A DNA stretch of 62,893 bases, the filler included, from Lentisphaeria bacterium (GTDB taxonomy: Bacteria; Verrucomicrobiota; Lentisphaeria; JABSQK01; JAWLHB01), in the NCBI GenBank assembly GCA_041690595.1. It is 5 parts of 5 records of this genome, joined end to end, with 100 filler letters (N's around TTAATTAATTAA, not from the genome) between each part and the next. Parts side by side here need not be neighbours in the genome. Positions count along the whole stretch, not along the records: positions 1 to 20,565 come from JAWLHB010000009.1; 4 more parts are not named here. The stretch is one strand, 5' to 3'. Under the pieces are notes generated by a model. It saw only the letters and a list, made by a program, of their open reading frames with translations. It was not told the DNA's origin and did no database searches. Of this stretch, positions 10,869-20,346 are shown piece by piece (within the stretch, counting starts at the first letter, position 1; every line of letters starts with the position of its first letter). The translations under genes were made by a program, and so were the position numbers.

Positions 10869-11143
10869 TCCAGCCTCCTCGCGTTACCGTTACCCTACGC
10901 TTCTTCTCGTAACATTGGCAATTCCAGACTTGCCTGAATGGTAATTCCAGCCAAATCCCCGCCCCCAGAACACATGTCCAGCGCTTCCACCTCTTACTGC
11001 AGACACCTGCCCAGCTCCTGAAAATACCGTTCTTGCCGATTGGCCAGATTCTGCTTTTCTTCCCACAACCTGCTGCCGCGCAAGGCTTTACAAACTATAA
11101 GAACGGCTCTAAACATAGCCCCTGTAAAAAAACTTCGCCTTTT

Positions 11144-11186
11144 TGTTGCATCATCACTTGCAACATTACCCAGTTATCCTTATAGT
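11144..11186 (+). promoter_or_regulatory. Sigma70-type promoter TTGCAA-17-TATAGT overlapped by palindrome TGTTGCA-N8-TGCAACA
   Basis: -35 at 11158-11163, -10 at 11181-11186, palindrome 11144-11165, in an AT-rich intergenic region. Confidence 0.6.
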
Positions 11187-11192
11187 GATTAT

Positions 11193-11320
11193 AGAAAATG
11201 GGGCACGTCAACGTGTCGATTCCCCACGACACAGTGCCCCGGGATAAAGATCCCACCCCTGACAGCGCAATGCTGTCACCTCCCCACTGAGCGGCCTTTC
11301 CCCAGGCCGCTCTTTTTTTT
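11193..11320 (+). ncRNA. Candidate structured small RNA (three hairpins plus terminator)
   Basis: Stems 11200-11240, 11241-11254 and 11260-11278, then the terminator; promoter directly upstream; flanking genes are on the minus strand. Confidence 0.55.
11289..11320 (+). terminator. Intrinsic terminator
   Basis: GAGCGGCCT-ttcccc-AGGCCGCTC followed by T8. Confidence 0.85.
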
Positions 11321-11361
11321 GCCCTGAAGATGAATCCCATCAGCGCCGGAATGGTAAGCGG

Positions 11362-12498
11362 TCAGAGCTGCAACACCTGGCGGAGGATCCGCACCATGGC
11401 GTGATTGGCAGCCCCGTCCTTCACGGCGAAGCGCACCGACTGCCGCAGATCACTACCCATGTTGGTGGCATCGCGCACATAGAGGCCATGCTCGCGGCAG
11501 CGCTGAACCAACTCTGCCGCACTAAGCAGGTCATGACGCAGATGACACAGGATGAAATTGGTCGTGCTGGGGATCCGCTCGAAGACGCCCAGACTATCGA
11601 GCTCGGCTTCCAGTGCACCCCGCAGCTCATGCGTTTCCCGGTAGCGCTCCCGGTAATACTCGGGATCCTCCAGCGCCTTCACCGCCGCCACCTGACCGGG
11701 AAGACTCACCGCCCAGGGAGGCGAAATCGACCGTAGCCGTGCCGCCTCCTCCGCACACATCACCAGGTACGCCGCCCGCACTCCACTGAGCGCATAGACC
11801 TTCGACATCGACTTGCAGACGATCACGTTCGGCAACCCCGTCGCCACCTGCTCGACAGACTCCGCCGCCCCCACGTAGTCCACATACGTCTCGTCGATCC
11901 AGAGTCGCGTCTCCGCGGGAAGTTCGCGCAGCAGCGGCTCCAACTCCGCGCGGCGGAAGTGCGCGCCGGTCGGGCTGTTGGGATTGACCAGCACGATGAA
12001 GTCATACCTGCGGGAAAAGGCCTCGCGCAACGCCCTCGCGTTCAGCCGATAGCCATCGTCCGGCGGCAGGTGCAGCCGATCCACCCGGCAGCCGATCACC
12101 CGTTCCAGGATGTGCCGGTATTCGCCATACGACGGGTCCAGCACCAGTGCCCGTGAACCTGCCTCCAGCCATTCGCGCAGGCAGAGATAGATCAGGCTCG
12201 ACGAACCGGCCCCGGGAATGACGCATTCCACCGGCACCCCACGAACCGCCGCTATGGCGGCGATCATCCCTTCGCACTCCGTCGGCGGCGACGTCCGCAA
12301 CAGCCAGTCCAGATGCGCCCGCAACGTCTCCGCCACCCGCGGCGAAGGCGGAAACCACGCATCGAGGACATCCGCGTTGATGACATGCTCGCGCCGCGTC
12401 AGATCATCGAAGCGAGGGCCGATCGCATCGAAAAAGGCGCCGCCATGCATGCAGACAGCGACAGATGGATGCGTCAACTCATGGGAGAGGTCAGCCAC
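11362..12498 (-). CDS. PLP-dependent class I/II aminotransferase (HisC/CobD-like)
   Basis: 'LVNPNSPTG', 'IDETY', 'KSMSKVYALSGVRAAY'; AGGAGA RBS. Confidence 0.88.
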   Translation of the reverse strand: MADLSHELTHPSVAVCMHGGAFFDAIGPRFDDLTRREHVINADVLDAWFPPSPRVAETLRAHLDWLLRTSPPTECEGMIAAIAAVRGVPVECVIPGAGSSSLIYLCLREWLEAGSRALVLDPSYGEYRHILERVIGCRVDRLHLPPDDGYRLNARALREAFSRRYDFIVLVNPNSPTGAHFRRAELEPLLRELPAETRLWIDETYVDYVGAAESVEQVATGLPNVIVCKSMSKVYALSGVRAAYLVMCAEEAARLRSISPPWAVSLPGQVAAVKALEDPEYYRERYRETHELRGALEAELDSLGVFERIPSTTNFILCHLRHDLLSAAELVQRCREHGLYVRDATNMGSDLRQSVRFAVKDGAANHAMVRILRQVLQL

Positions 12499-12615
12499 GG
12501 CACGTTTCTCCTGTTAATCGGTCATGGTCTGCAGTACCATACCCCCTGCCGGCGCGGATGCGATCTATAGTAGGTGCATTCTCACGCTCAATCATGCCAC
12601 AGGAGGCAGATCCCC

Positions 12616-14385
12616 ATGTCCATCCCCCGCCAGCTCATCATCATCCTCTTCGCACTCGCTCTGCCGCTGCTGGCGGAAGAGGATATCGGCCGGATTCTCT
12701 TCGTCGTCACCAATCACACCGAACTGGGCACAACCGGCAGGCAGACTGGCTACTTCCTGTCGGAAGTCACGCATCCGCATCACGTGCTCCACGAGGCCGG
12801 CTACAAGATCGACTTCGTGAGCCCGCAAGGCGGAGCCGTCCACATGGACCCCAAGAGCCGCAATCTCGATGATCCCATCAATCGACGCTTCGTCGCTGAC
12901 AAAGCCGTGATGAAGCGGTTGGAGACCACCCTTTCCCCGGCGCAGGTGGAGCCGAAAGCCTATCGCGCCATCTTCTTCGCCGGCGGCCACGGTGCCATGT
13001 GGGATTTTCCGAATAACGAGCGGCTCGCCGACATCACCGCGACCATCTATCAGGCAGGCGGGATCGTCGCCGCCGTCTGCCACGGTCCAGCCGGACTGGT
13101 CAACGTCACCCTGGAGAACGGTCGCCACCTCCTCGCCGGCCATCGCGTCACCGGCTTCACCAACGCGGAAGAGGAGGCCGTCAAGCTCACTGGCCAGATG
13201 CCCTTTCTCCTCGAAACGAAACTGAAGGAGCGCGGCGCCCACTTCATCGGCGCCCCCGATTTCCAGGAGAACGCCGTCGTCTCCGGCCGCCTTGTCACCG
13301 GCCAGAATCCCGCCTCCGCCACCGCCGTCGGCTCGGCCATCAAAGCCTTGCTCGCCGGCACCAGGCCCACGCTCGATCTGGTGGCTGAATCGCCGCACCA
13401 GTGGACCGGCATCGCCCTCTCCCAGCAGGGCCGCACCTTCGTCAACTTCCCACGCTGGAGCGACAGCATCCCCATGTCCGTTGGCGAACTCCAGGCCGAC
13501 GGCACCCTGAAACCCTATCCCAACCAGCTCATTAACAGCTGGGAAGAAGGCAAGGATCCAGCCGACCATTTCGTCTGTGTGCAGAGCGTTGTCGTCGACA
13601 ATCGCAATCGCCTCTGGATTCTCGACCCCGCCAACCCCCGATTCAAGGGAATCGTCGCCAGCGGACCAAAGCTCATGCAGGTCGACTTGGAAAGCAATCA
13701 GCCCCTCCGCACCTACCGCTTCGTGCCTCCTGTGATCCATCCGGACAGCTATCTCAATGATGTCCGCGTCGATACCGAACGCAACATCGCCTACATCAGT
13801 GATTCCGGCCGTGGTGCCATCATCGTCCTCGACCTCGAAAGCGGCAAGGCCCAACGGCGACTCGACGGCCATCCATCCACCTCCGCCGCCGACATCGACC
13901 TCATCATCGGCGGCAACCCCTGGCGACGCCCCGACGGCTCACGGCCGCAAGTGCACTGCGACGGCATTGCCCTCACCGGCGACGGCGATACCCTCTACTA
14001 TCAGGCGCTCACCGGCCGCCACCTCTACAGCATCCCCACCATACACCTGCGCGATGCCGCACTCGGCGACGAAGAGCTGGCCGACCATGTCGAGCTTCGT
14101 GTCGAAGCAGGCGCCTCCGACGGCCTGATCATCGGCCCGGACGGCTCCCTTTATCTCTCCTCCCTCGAGTATGATGCCGTGCGACGCTGGAAGCCCGGCA
14201 TGGACTATCCAGAGATCCTTGTTCAGGATTCTCGCATTTCCTGGCCGGATTCTTTTGCCTTCGATTCGGATGGGTGGCTATATTTCACCACCAGCCAGAT
14301 TCACCATGGACAGGCGCCGCCGGAACCCTACCGTATCTACAGGGTCAAACCATGGACAAAAGCCACCCCAACCTCGACCCCATGA
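12616..14385 (+). CDS. Exported DJ-1/PfpI domain fused to a major-royal-jelly (yellow/MRJP) beta-propeller
   Basis: AGGAGG RBS, signal peptide, 'GYFLSEVTHP', 'FAGGHGAMWD', 'AVCHG', 'VTGQNP'; then 'FVNFPRWS', 'LWILD', 'SYLNDVRVD', 'WPDSFA'. Confidence 0.85.
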   Translation: MSIPRQLIIILFALALPLLAEEDIGRILFVVTNHTELGTTGRQTGYFLSEVTHPHHVLHEAGYKIDFVSPQGGAVHMDPKSRNLDDPINRRFVADKAVMKRLETTLSPAQVEPKAYRAIFFAGGHGAMWDFPNNERLADITATIYQAGGIVAAVCHGPAGLVNVTLENGRHLLAGHRVTGFTNAEEEAVKLTGQMPFLLETKLKERGAHFIGAPDFQENAVVSGRLVTGQNPASATAVGSAIKALLAGTRPTLDLVAESPHQWTGIALSQQGRTFVNFPRWSDSIPMSVGELQADGTLKPYPNQLINSWEEGKDPADHFVCVQSVVVDNRNRLWILDPANPRFKGIVASGPKLMQVDLESNQPLRTYRFVPPVIHPDSYLNDVRVDTERNIAYISDSGRGAIIVLDLESGKAQRRLDGHPSTSAADIDLIIGGNPWRRPDGSRPQVHCDGIALTGDGDTLYYQALTGRHLYSIPTIHLRDAALGDEELADHVELRVEAGASDGLIIGPDGSLYLSSLEYDAVRRWKPGMDYPEILVQDSRISWPDSFAFDSDGWLYFTTSQIHHGQAPPEPYRIYRVKPWTKATPTSTP

Positions 14386-14395
14386 ACGCCACCAC

Positions 14396-15412
14396 ATGAC
14401 GCGCCATCTTCGCCACCTCCTCTCGGCCATCCTCGGGCTGCTCTCCATCGCGCTGATCGCGCAGCAGCCCGTTGAAGGCGACGCGAGCGCCATCGAGATG
14501 AAGAAAGTTGGCCCCTACTCCGTCCGCATCGGACAGATGGTGCAGGACCGCAACCTCTTCAGCATCTACCCCACCGCCATCCCCTCCCTCCTTCAGGAAC
14601 TGCGAAAGCTCACCAGCGTCAACATCGATCCTGAGCCCATCATCATCTCCTCCTTCGCCGATCCCATCCTCTTCGAGCTCCCCTTCATCTACGTCAATTT
14701 CGGCCAGCGCGAGGATTGGACGCTCGCCCCAGAGGAAATCGAGAACCTCAAGGCCTACCTCGAGCGCGGCGGCTTCCTCCTTGTCGACGCCGGTATCACC
14801 GCCGAATTCCTCCGCGACACCCCCTTTGCCGCCCAGCATCACAGCTTCGCCGAGTGGCGCGCTCGGCCAGAACTCCAGGAGGTCATGAAACAGGTCTATC
14901 CCGAGAAAAGTTTCGAGCACCTCCCGCGAAGCCACCCAGTCTATTCGATCTTCTACAGCGGCCTCCCCGATGCCACCATCCTTCCGGAAACCGTCCGCGA
15001 GTACGTCGTCAACGAAAAATGGCCGCAGGGCACCTACTCCATGGTCGGCATGAAGGTCAACGACCGACTGGCGGTCCTCGCCACCCCCATCATTGCCATG
15101 GGCTGGGGAAAGAATCAGCTCGGCACATGGACAACCACCATCGGCTTCCGCATTCGAGAATCCGCCCCCGACCTCGATGCGAGTCTGCGCACCGCGGCCT
15201 ATGGCGGCGAGCGGTTCGCCGTCGAGCGCGAAGATGGCGCCGAAGATCTGATCTACTGTCAGCAGCCCGGAACGCCGGCCTGGATACACGAGGAGCGGGA
15301 AGGGCGCTACCGCGTCTTCCGCTACTACCACAGCAGCGAGATCAACGAGTTCGCTCATCAGTTCTATACCCAGCTCGGCATCAATATACTCCTCTTCGCC
15401 ATGACCCACTGA
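14396..15412 (+). CDS. Exported DUF4159-domain protein
   Basis: Signal peptide; 'LKAYLERGGFLLVD', 'LPRSHPVYSIFY', 'LGINILLFAMTH'. Confidence 0.75.
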   Translation: MTRHLRHLLSAILGLLSIALIAQQPVEGDASAIEMKKVGPYSVRIGQMVQDRNLFSIYPTAIPSLLQELRKLTSVNIDPEPIIISSFADPILFELPFIYVNFGQREDWTLAPEEIENLKAYLERGGFLLVDAGITAEFLRDTPFAAQHHSFAEWRARPELQEVMKQVYPEKSFEHLPRSHPVYSIFYSGLPDATILPETVREYVVNEKWPQGTYSMVGMKVNDRLAVLATPIIAMGWGKNQLGTWTTTIGFRIRESAPDLDASLRTAAYGGERFAVEREDGAEDLIYCQQPGTPAWIHEEREGRYRVFRYYHSSEINEFAHQFYTQLGINILLFAMTH

Positions 15413-15422
15413 GGGGGCCGGA

Positions 15423-15899
15423 ATGCAGGCCGCTCTCCTGGCAATCGACGTCGGACTTCGCAGCGGCCTCGCCTGGTATGCCGCCGACGGTCGCCTCCTC
15501 GCCTATCGCTCACGCCACTTCAGCAATCGCGCCGCCCTCCGCCAGGCCGCCTGGCTGATCCTCCGCGACGAACCCAACCTGCAATGGGTCGTCCTCGAAG
15601 GCGGCGGCCCACTCGCCGACATCTGGAGCCTGGCCGCTCGTCGCCGAGAACTCCAACTCCTGCAACTCGCCGCCCATGACTGGCGTGCCGACCTGCTCCT
15701 CCAGCGCGAACAGCGCTCCGGCGCCAAGGCCAAAGACGTCGCCGGCACCCTCGCCCGCCGCGTCATCGCCTGGTCGCACGCCCCCAGCCCGACCTCCCTG
15801 CGTCACGATGCCGCCGAGGCCATACTGGTCGGCATCTGGGCCGTGCAGCATCTCGGCTGGCTACCCAGTCTGCCCCCCGAGCTTCAGCGCGGCCAATAA
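15423..15899 (+). CDS. RNase H-fold (RuvC-like) hypothetical protein
   Basis: 'LLAIDVGLRSGLAW', 'VVLEG', 'HDAAEAILVG'. Confidence 0.55.
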   Translation: MQAALLAIDVGLRSGLAWYAADGRLLAYRSRHFSNRAALRQAAWLILRDEPNLQWVVLEGGGPLADIWSLAARRRELQLLQLAAHDWRADLLLQREQRSGAKAKDVAGTLARRVIAWSHAPSPTSLRHDAAEAILVGIWAVQHLGWLPSLPPELQRGQ

Positions 15900-15937
15900 T
15901 CCCCCCCTGCGCCCCTCACCTTGCTTCTCCCTTCGGC

Positions 15938-16441
15938 ATGACAAATGACCCTCGCAGCGTTACCTTAGCCCCTGCAACAGGGGGACCCATGCAGCAGGCG
16001 ACGCGAAAATTCATCGGCTTCATCACCTTGAGCGCGCTCAGCTTCGCGGTCAACATCGGCATCACCGCCCTCTGCCACGAGCTTCTCCACCTGCCCGAAG
16101 AACTCGCCTATGCCATAGCCCTCGTCACCATCTTCTGGCAGAACTTCCTCCTCTGCCGCTACGTCGTCTTCCGCAGCAGCCATCGTCCATTCTGGCCCCA
16201 GGTCGGCGCCTTCACCGCCGCCACGATCCAGTTCCGCCTGGCCGAGTATCTCGTCTGGCTTCTCCTCCTCCACCTCCTCCACCTGCACTACCTCGTTGCC
16301 GTCATCCTCGTCAGCGGCTTCTTCACCATCCTCAAGTTTTTCTTTCTCGGCAACCGTGTATTCCCCGGCACCGGCGATACCATAACGCAATCTCCCCAAC
16401 AGAGGCCGCATGAAGCTGATCATTCAGATCCCCTGCTTTAA
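15938..16441 (+). CDS. GtrA-family flippase-like membrane protein
   Basis: Four TM helices, 'NFLLCRYVVF'; sits upstream of a GT2. Confidence 0.75.
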   Translation: MTNDPRSVTLAPATGGPMQQATRKFIGFITLSALSFAVNIGITALCHELLHLPEELAYAIALVTIFWQNFLLCRYVVFRSSHRPFWPQVGAFTAATIQFRLAEYLVWLLLLHLLHLHYLVAVILVSGFFTILKFFFLGNRVFPGTGDTITQSPQQRPHEADHSDPLL

Positions 16442-17381
16442 TGAGGCGGAAAGCCTACCGCTCGCCCTCGCCAACCTTCCGCGAAAGCTCGACGGTATCG
16501 ACAAGGTCGAATGGCTCATCGTCGACGATGGCAGCAACGATGGCACCGCCGACATCGCCCGCCAACTCGGCGTCGACCATGTCATCGTCCATCGCCGCAA
16601 CCGCGGTCTCGCCCGCGCCTTCATGACTGGACTCGAGGCTGCACTCCAGCGCGGCGCCGACATCATCGTCAATACCGATGCCGACAATCAGTACGATCCC
16701 CGTGACATCCCCCTCCTCGTGCAACCCATCCTCGCGGGAGAAGCCGACATGGTCATCGGCAACCGCCAGGTAAGCACCCTCGCCCATTTCTCCCCCATCA
16801 AGCGCCTCCTGCAGCGCCTTGGCAGCGCCACCGTCCGCCGCGTCAGCCGCACCTCCGTCGAAGATGCCCCCAGCGGCTTCCGCTGCCTCACCCGTGATGC
16901 CGCCATGCAGCTGCACGTCTTCAGCGCCTATACGTACACGCTCGAGACCATCATCCAGGCCGGCCACAAGGGCATGTCCGTCATCTCGGTGCCCATCCGC
17001 ACCAACCCGACCCCGCGCCCCTCCCGCCTCGTGCGCAGCATCCCCTCCTACGTCTGGCGCTCCATCGTCACCATGGTCCGCATCTTCGTCACCTACCGGC
17101 CCTTTGCCTCCTTTGCCGCCCTCGGCGCGATCATCTTCGGCGCCGGCTTCCTCCTCGGCCTGCGCTTTCTCATCTACTTCATCCAGGGCGATGGTCAGGG
17201 CCATGTTCAATCCCTTATCCTCACCGCAGTCCTGCTCATCAGCGGCTTCTATGTCTTCCTCGCCGGCATCCTCGCCGACCTCATCTCCGTCAACCGCAAG
17301 CTCCTCGAAGAACTCAGCTGGCGACTCTGGCGACTCGAGCAGCACCAAGACGACAAACCCAACGGCGACGGCAATGGATGA
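16410..17381 (+). CDS. Glycosyltransferase family 2 (DPM/GtrB-like)
   Basis: 'IQIPCFNEA', 'VDDGSNDGT', 'NTDADNQY', two C-terminal TMs. Confidence 0.93.
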   Translation: MKLIIQIPCFNEAESLPLALANLPRKLDGIDKVEWLIVDDGSNDGTADIARQLGVDHVIVHRRNRGLARAFMTGLEAALQRGADIIVNTDADNQYDPRDIPLLVQPILAGEADMVIGNRQVSTLAHFSPIKRLLQRLGSATVRRVSRTSVEDAPSGFRCLTRDAAMQLHVFSAYTYTLETIIQAGHKGMSVISVPIRTNPTPRPSRLVRSIPSYVWRSIVTMVRIFVTYRPFASFAALGAIIFGAGFLLGLRFLIYFIQGDGQGHVQSLILTAVLLISGFYVFLAGILADLISVNRKLLEELSWRLWRLEQHQDDKPNGDGNG

Positions 17382-18012
17382 CCCCATCGTCGTCGGCAAC
17401 TACTTCAACAAGTACGAGAGTGGCAACCCCCTCGTCCGCCGCCTGATGCAACGCTTCGCCCGCGGCTTCGACGAACTTGCCGCCCTCTCCGGCGCCACCC
17501 TCGCCCATGAAGTCGGCTGTGGCGAGGGATATCTCTGCGAGCGTCTCCTCACCGCGGGATTCCACGTAAAAGGCAGCGAACTTTCCCCCGACGTCGTCGC
17601 CGTCGCCAAAGCCCGCCTCGCCCACCATCCCGGCCTCATCGGCCTCAAAGCCGCCTCCATCTACGATCTCCAGCCGCGCCAGGATGCCGCCGGCCTCATC
17701 GTCTGCTGCGAAGTTCTCGAACATCTCCCCGACCCCGATGCGGCCCTCGACATCCTCGCCGGCCTGGCAGATCCATGGCTCCTCACCAGCGTCCCGCACG
17801 AACCGTGGTGGCGCATCCTCAACGCCGCCCGGGGCAAGTACCTCGCCCACCTCGGCAATACCCCCGGCCATCTCCAGCACTGGTCCCGCACCGGCTTTCA
17901 GCGCTTCCTCAACCAGCGCTTCGATATCGTCGCCAGCCGCCCCGTCTTTCCATGGACCATGTTCCTCGCCAAGACCAAAGAAAAGGGCGGCTCCCAGAGA
18001 GCCGCCCCATAG
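17374..18012 (+). CDS. Class I SAM-dependent methyltransferase
   Basis: 'HEVGCGEGY', 'CCEVLEHL', 'SVPHEP'; ATG overlaps the GT2 stop. Confidence 0.85.
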   Translation: MDDPIVVGNYFNKYESGNPLVRRLMQRFARGFDELAALSGATLAHEVGCGEGYLCERLLTAGFHVKGSELSPDVVAVAKARLAHHPGLIGLKAASIYDLQPRQDAAGLIVCCEVLEHLPDPDAALDILAGLADPWLLTSVPHEPWWRILNAARGKYLAHLGNTPGHLQHWSRTGFQRFLNQRFDIVASRPVFPWTMFLAKTKEKGGSQRAAP

Positions 18013-18050
18013 TTCGATTAGTCGGTAATCCTCAATGACCAGTCAGGTGA

Positions 18051-18401
18051 TCAGGCCTGCACTTCCGATTCCTCGGTGACGGTCACCATTTCCAGTTCTG
18101 ATACGGACGTGTGATGGTGATCATGAACACGATCGAGATGCTTGCGAAGTTGCGTGTTCACCTTCTCGCTCGCTTCCGCGAACGCTACCGGCAACTCATG
18201 CGCCTTCGTTCTCGATTCGATGCTCAGGTTCTTGCCGCGGAGCACGATTTCCGCTGAATACCAGGTCTTCTGCATATCAAGCACGACCCGGGCGGAAGTC
18301 AATTTATGATACTCGGATTCGATCTTACCGAGCTCGTCCATGATCAAAGCCTTGGTGGCTTCGTCTAAATCGAAATGTCGGCTGGCGATGATCTTTTCCA
18401 T
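18051..18401 (-). CDS. hpf: Ribosome hibernation promoting factor (RaiA/HPF)
   Basis: 'IIASRHFDL', 'SARVVLD', 'KVNTQLRKHLDR'; follows lptB. Confidence 0.75.
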   Translation of the reverse strand: MEKIIASRHFDLDEATKALIMDELGKIESEYHKLTSARVVLDMQKTWYSAEIVLRGKNLSIESRTKAHELPVAFAEASEKVNTQLRKHLDRVHDHHHTSVSELEMVTVTEESEVQA

Positions 18402-18474
18402 CGTTGGCTCCTTGGGGGTTTTGTGTTCGTGTGGTGTGAAAGGGCATGGCTACTCGGCCGTGCCCCGGCGGGCC

Positions 18475-19266
18475 CTATACCGCAAATTGCGGGCCCAGAT
18501 AGACATCTCTTGCCTGCGCGTCATTGATCAGGTACTCGCGATTGCCCTCGCATAGAATTTTACCCTCACAGATCAGATAGGCTCGATCCACGATCGCCAG
18601 CGTTTCCCGCACGCTGTGGTCCGTGATCAGAATGCCCAACCCCATCTCCTTCAACTGCGCTATGATCTCCTGTACATCGTGTACCGCGATCGGATCCACC
18701 CCGCTGAACGGCTCGTCCAGCATCAGAAAACTTGGATTCGTCACCAGCGCCCGCGTGATCTCCAGCCGACGACGCTCCCCACCGCTCAGCGTGATCGCCT
18801 TCTGCCCCGCCAGCCGTGCCAACCCAAGACTGTCCAGCAGATGCCGAAGACGCTCTTCGCGCTCCTCCCGCGTCAGATCCAGCGTCTCCAGAATCGACAT
18901 GATGTTGTCCCGCACCGTCATCCGACGAAAAATCGAGGGTTCCTGCGACAGATAGCCAATCCCCAGACGCGCCCGCCTGTACATCGGCAGATCCGTGATC
19001 AGCTCCTCGCCGAAGTGGATCGCTCCAGAATCCGGCCGGATCAGCCCCACGATCATGTAGAACGTCGTCGTCTTGCCGGCACCATTCGGACCAAGCAGCC
19101 CCACGATCTCTCCAGCGTCGATCTTCATCTCGACACCGTTGACGACCGGCTTGCCCCGATAGCTCTTCACCAGCCCCTCTACTCTGACCAGTGGATTATG
19201 CAACATAGATCCTGTTATCGTTGCCGCTGGCGCGGCGATAGTGGCATGATCAGTGAGTGTATGCAT
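18475..19266 (-). CDS. lptB: LPS export ABC transporter ATPase (alternative starts 19293 and 19206)
   Basis: 'GLLGPNGAGKTTTFYMIVGL', 'LSGGERRRLEI', 'LDEPFSGVDPIAV', 'ITDHSVRETL'. Confidence 0.95.
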   Translation of the reverse strand: MHTLTDHATIAAPAATITGSMLHNPLVRVEGLVKSYRGKPVVNGVEMKIDAGEIVGLLGPNGAGKTTTFYMIVGLIRPDSGAIHFGEELITDLPMYRRARLGIGYLSQEPSIFRRMTVRDNIMSILETLDLTREEREERLRHLLDSLGLARLAGQKAITLSGGERRRLEITRALVTNPSFLMLDEPFSGVDPIAVHDVQEIIAQLKEMGLGILITDHSVRETLAIVDRAYLICEGKILCEGNREYLINDAQARDVYLGPQFAV

Positions 19267-19882
19267 CGCTTCCAACGGCAGCTTTGCCGTCACCTGCTTT
19301 CAGCGCATCCACCATGCTCCCCTGCTCGTTGTCGCTACGGTAAAATTCGATTTTCGGTTTACCACCGTCCGTGTAAACCCGCTCCTGCGCGCGATTGAAA
19401 ATGACATCGCGGGCACCCGTTATCTTCGAGTTGCCCTGAATAAGAATCGGCTCCCCCGTCAATACCACCAACCCCTTGTCGACATCGTAGTTAGCTTCGC
19501 TCCCCGTCGCCACCACCTTGTCCCGCGTGATGACCACCTTGCCCGTCGCCACGATCCGCTGCACCACATCGCGACCCTCAGCCTCCGAATACACAAAATG
19601 GATCACCATCCGGTTCGCCCGCAGGTCGATGTCCTGATCCACCACATGCACATTCCCCTCCAGATGCGCCAACTTGTTCTTCATGTCATAGTCAAGGGTA
19701 TCGGCCGTGATCTCCGTCGGCGGTATCGCTGTCTCCAGCTCCTTCTCACCCTCGACCGCCGCTGGCGGCGTGGCTCCTGCCGCCACCGGCTTCTCCTCTC
19801 CACGCACGACCAGCGTCGCCAAAAGTAGAAGTGTACTGCCGGTAACCAGAACCCGATTGCGCCTGTGTGATGTGCTTCTCAT
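19250..19882 (-). CDS. lptA: LptA/OstA-family protein
   Basis: Signal peptide; 'TEITADTLDYD', 'LEGNVHV', 'IVATGKVVIT', 'LTGEP'; gene order. Confidence 0.8.
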   Translation of the reverse strand: MRSTSHRRNRVLVTGSTLLLLATLVVRGEEKPVAAGATPPAAVEGEKELETAIPPTEITADTLDYDMKNKLAHLEGNVHVVDQDIDLRANRMVIHFVYSEAEGRDVVQRIVATGKVVITRDKVVATGSEANYDVDKGLVVLTGEPILIQGNSKITGARDVIFNRAQERVYTDGGKPKIEFYRSDNEQGSMVDALKAGDGKAAVGSDAYTH

Positions 19883-19893
19883 GACGATGTAAT

Positions 19894-20346
19894 CTACTCC
19901 TTTAATCCGCGATTGCCAAATTCCGGGCTCTCCGTTCGGGACAACTGGATGCGCACATTGCGACGCACCAGCAACTGATGCTTCTCCAGATCGAGGTCGA
20001 AGCCGTCCCCCGTGATCACCATGCCCTTGCCGTGGACGGCGACGCCGCTGTGGCTGCGCACGATGCGCGCCCCCCTGTCGAAGCGGCAGGCCGGGCTGCG
20101 CACGATCGTCGTCCGATCCCCTTGCCGAAGATTCGCCTGCACTACCTCCAGCGTCACCCGATCCCCCAACACCACCGCCTTCTCGCCGAACAACGCCCAG
20201 TCCAGCTCACCCTCCGGCGTATACTCCACCACCTTGAAATTGTCGACAGTCATGGAGTTGCCGCCAAAACCGCTCTGGCCCTGCATGCCCACTGTCAGCA
20301 AGCCACACACCAACCCCATCACCATTTTCCGCGTCATCGTATTCAT
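19894..20346 (-). CDS. lptC: LptC-like protein
   Basis: N-terminal TM and beta-jellyroll pattern 'GMVITGDGFDLDL'; upstream of lptA-lptB. Confidence 0.7.
   Translation of the reverse strand: MNTMTRKMVMGLVCGLLTVGMQGQSGFGGNSMTVDNFKVVEYTPEGELDWALFGEKAVVLGDRVTLEVVQANLRQGDRTTIVRSPACRFDRGARIVRSHSGVAVHGKGMVITGDGFDLDLEKHQLLVRRNVRIQLSRTESPEFGNRGLKE

Noticed and set aside
11172..11199. dif site (AGTTATCCTTA-TAGTGA-TTATAGAAAAT)
   Set aside because: Only a partial XerD-arm match and a poor XerC arm; better explained as the promoter -10 region
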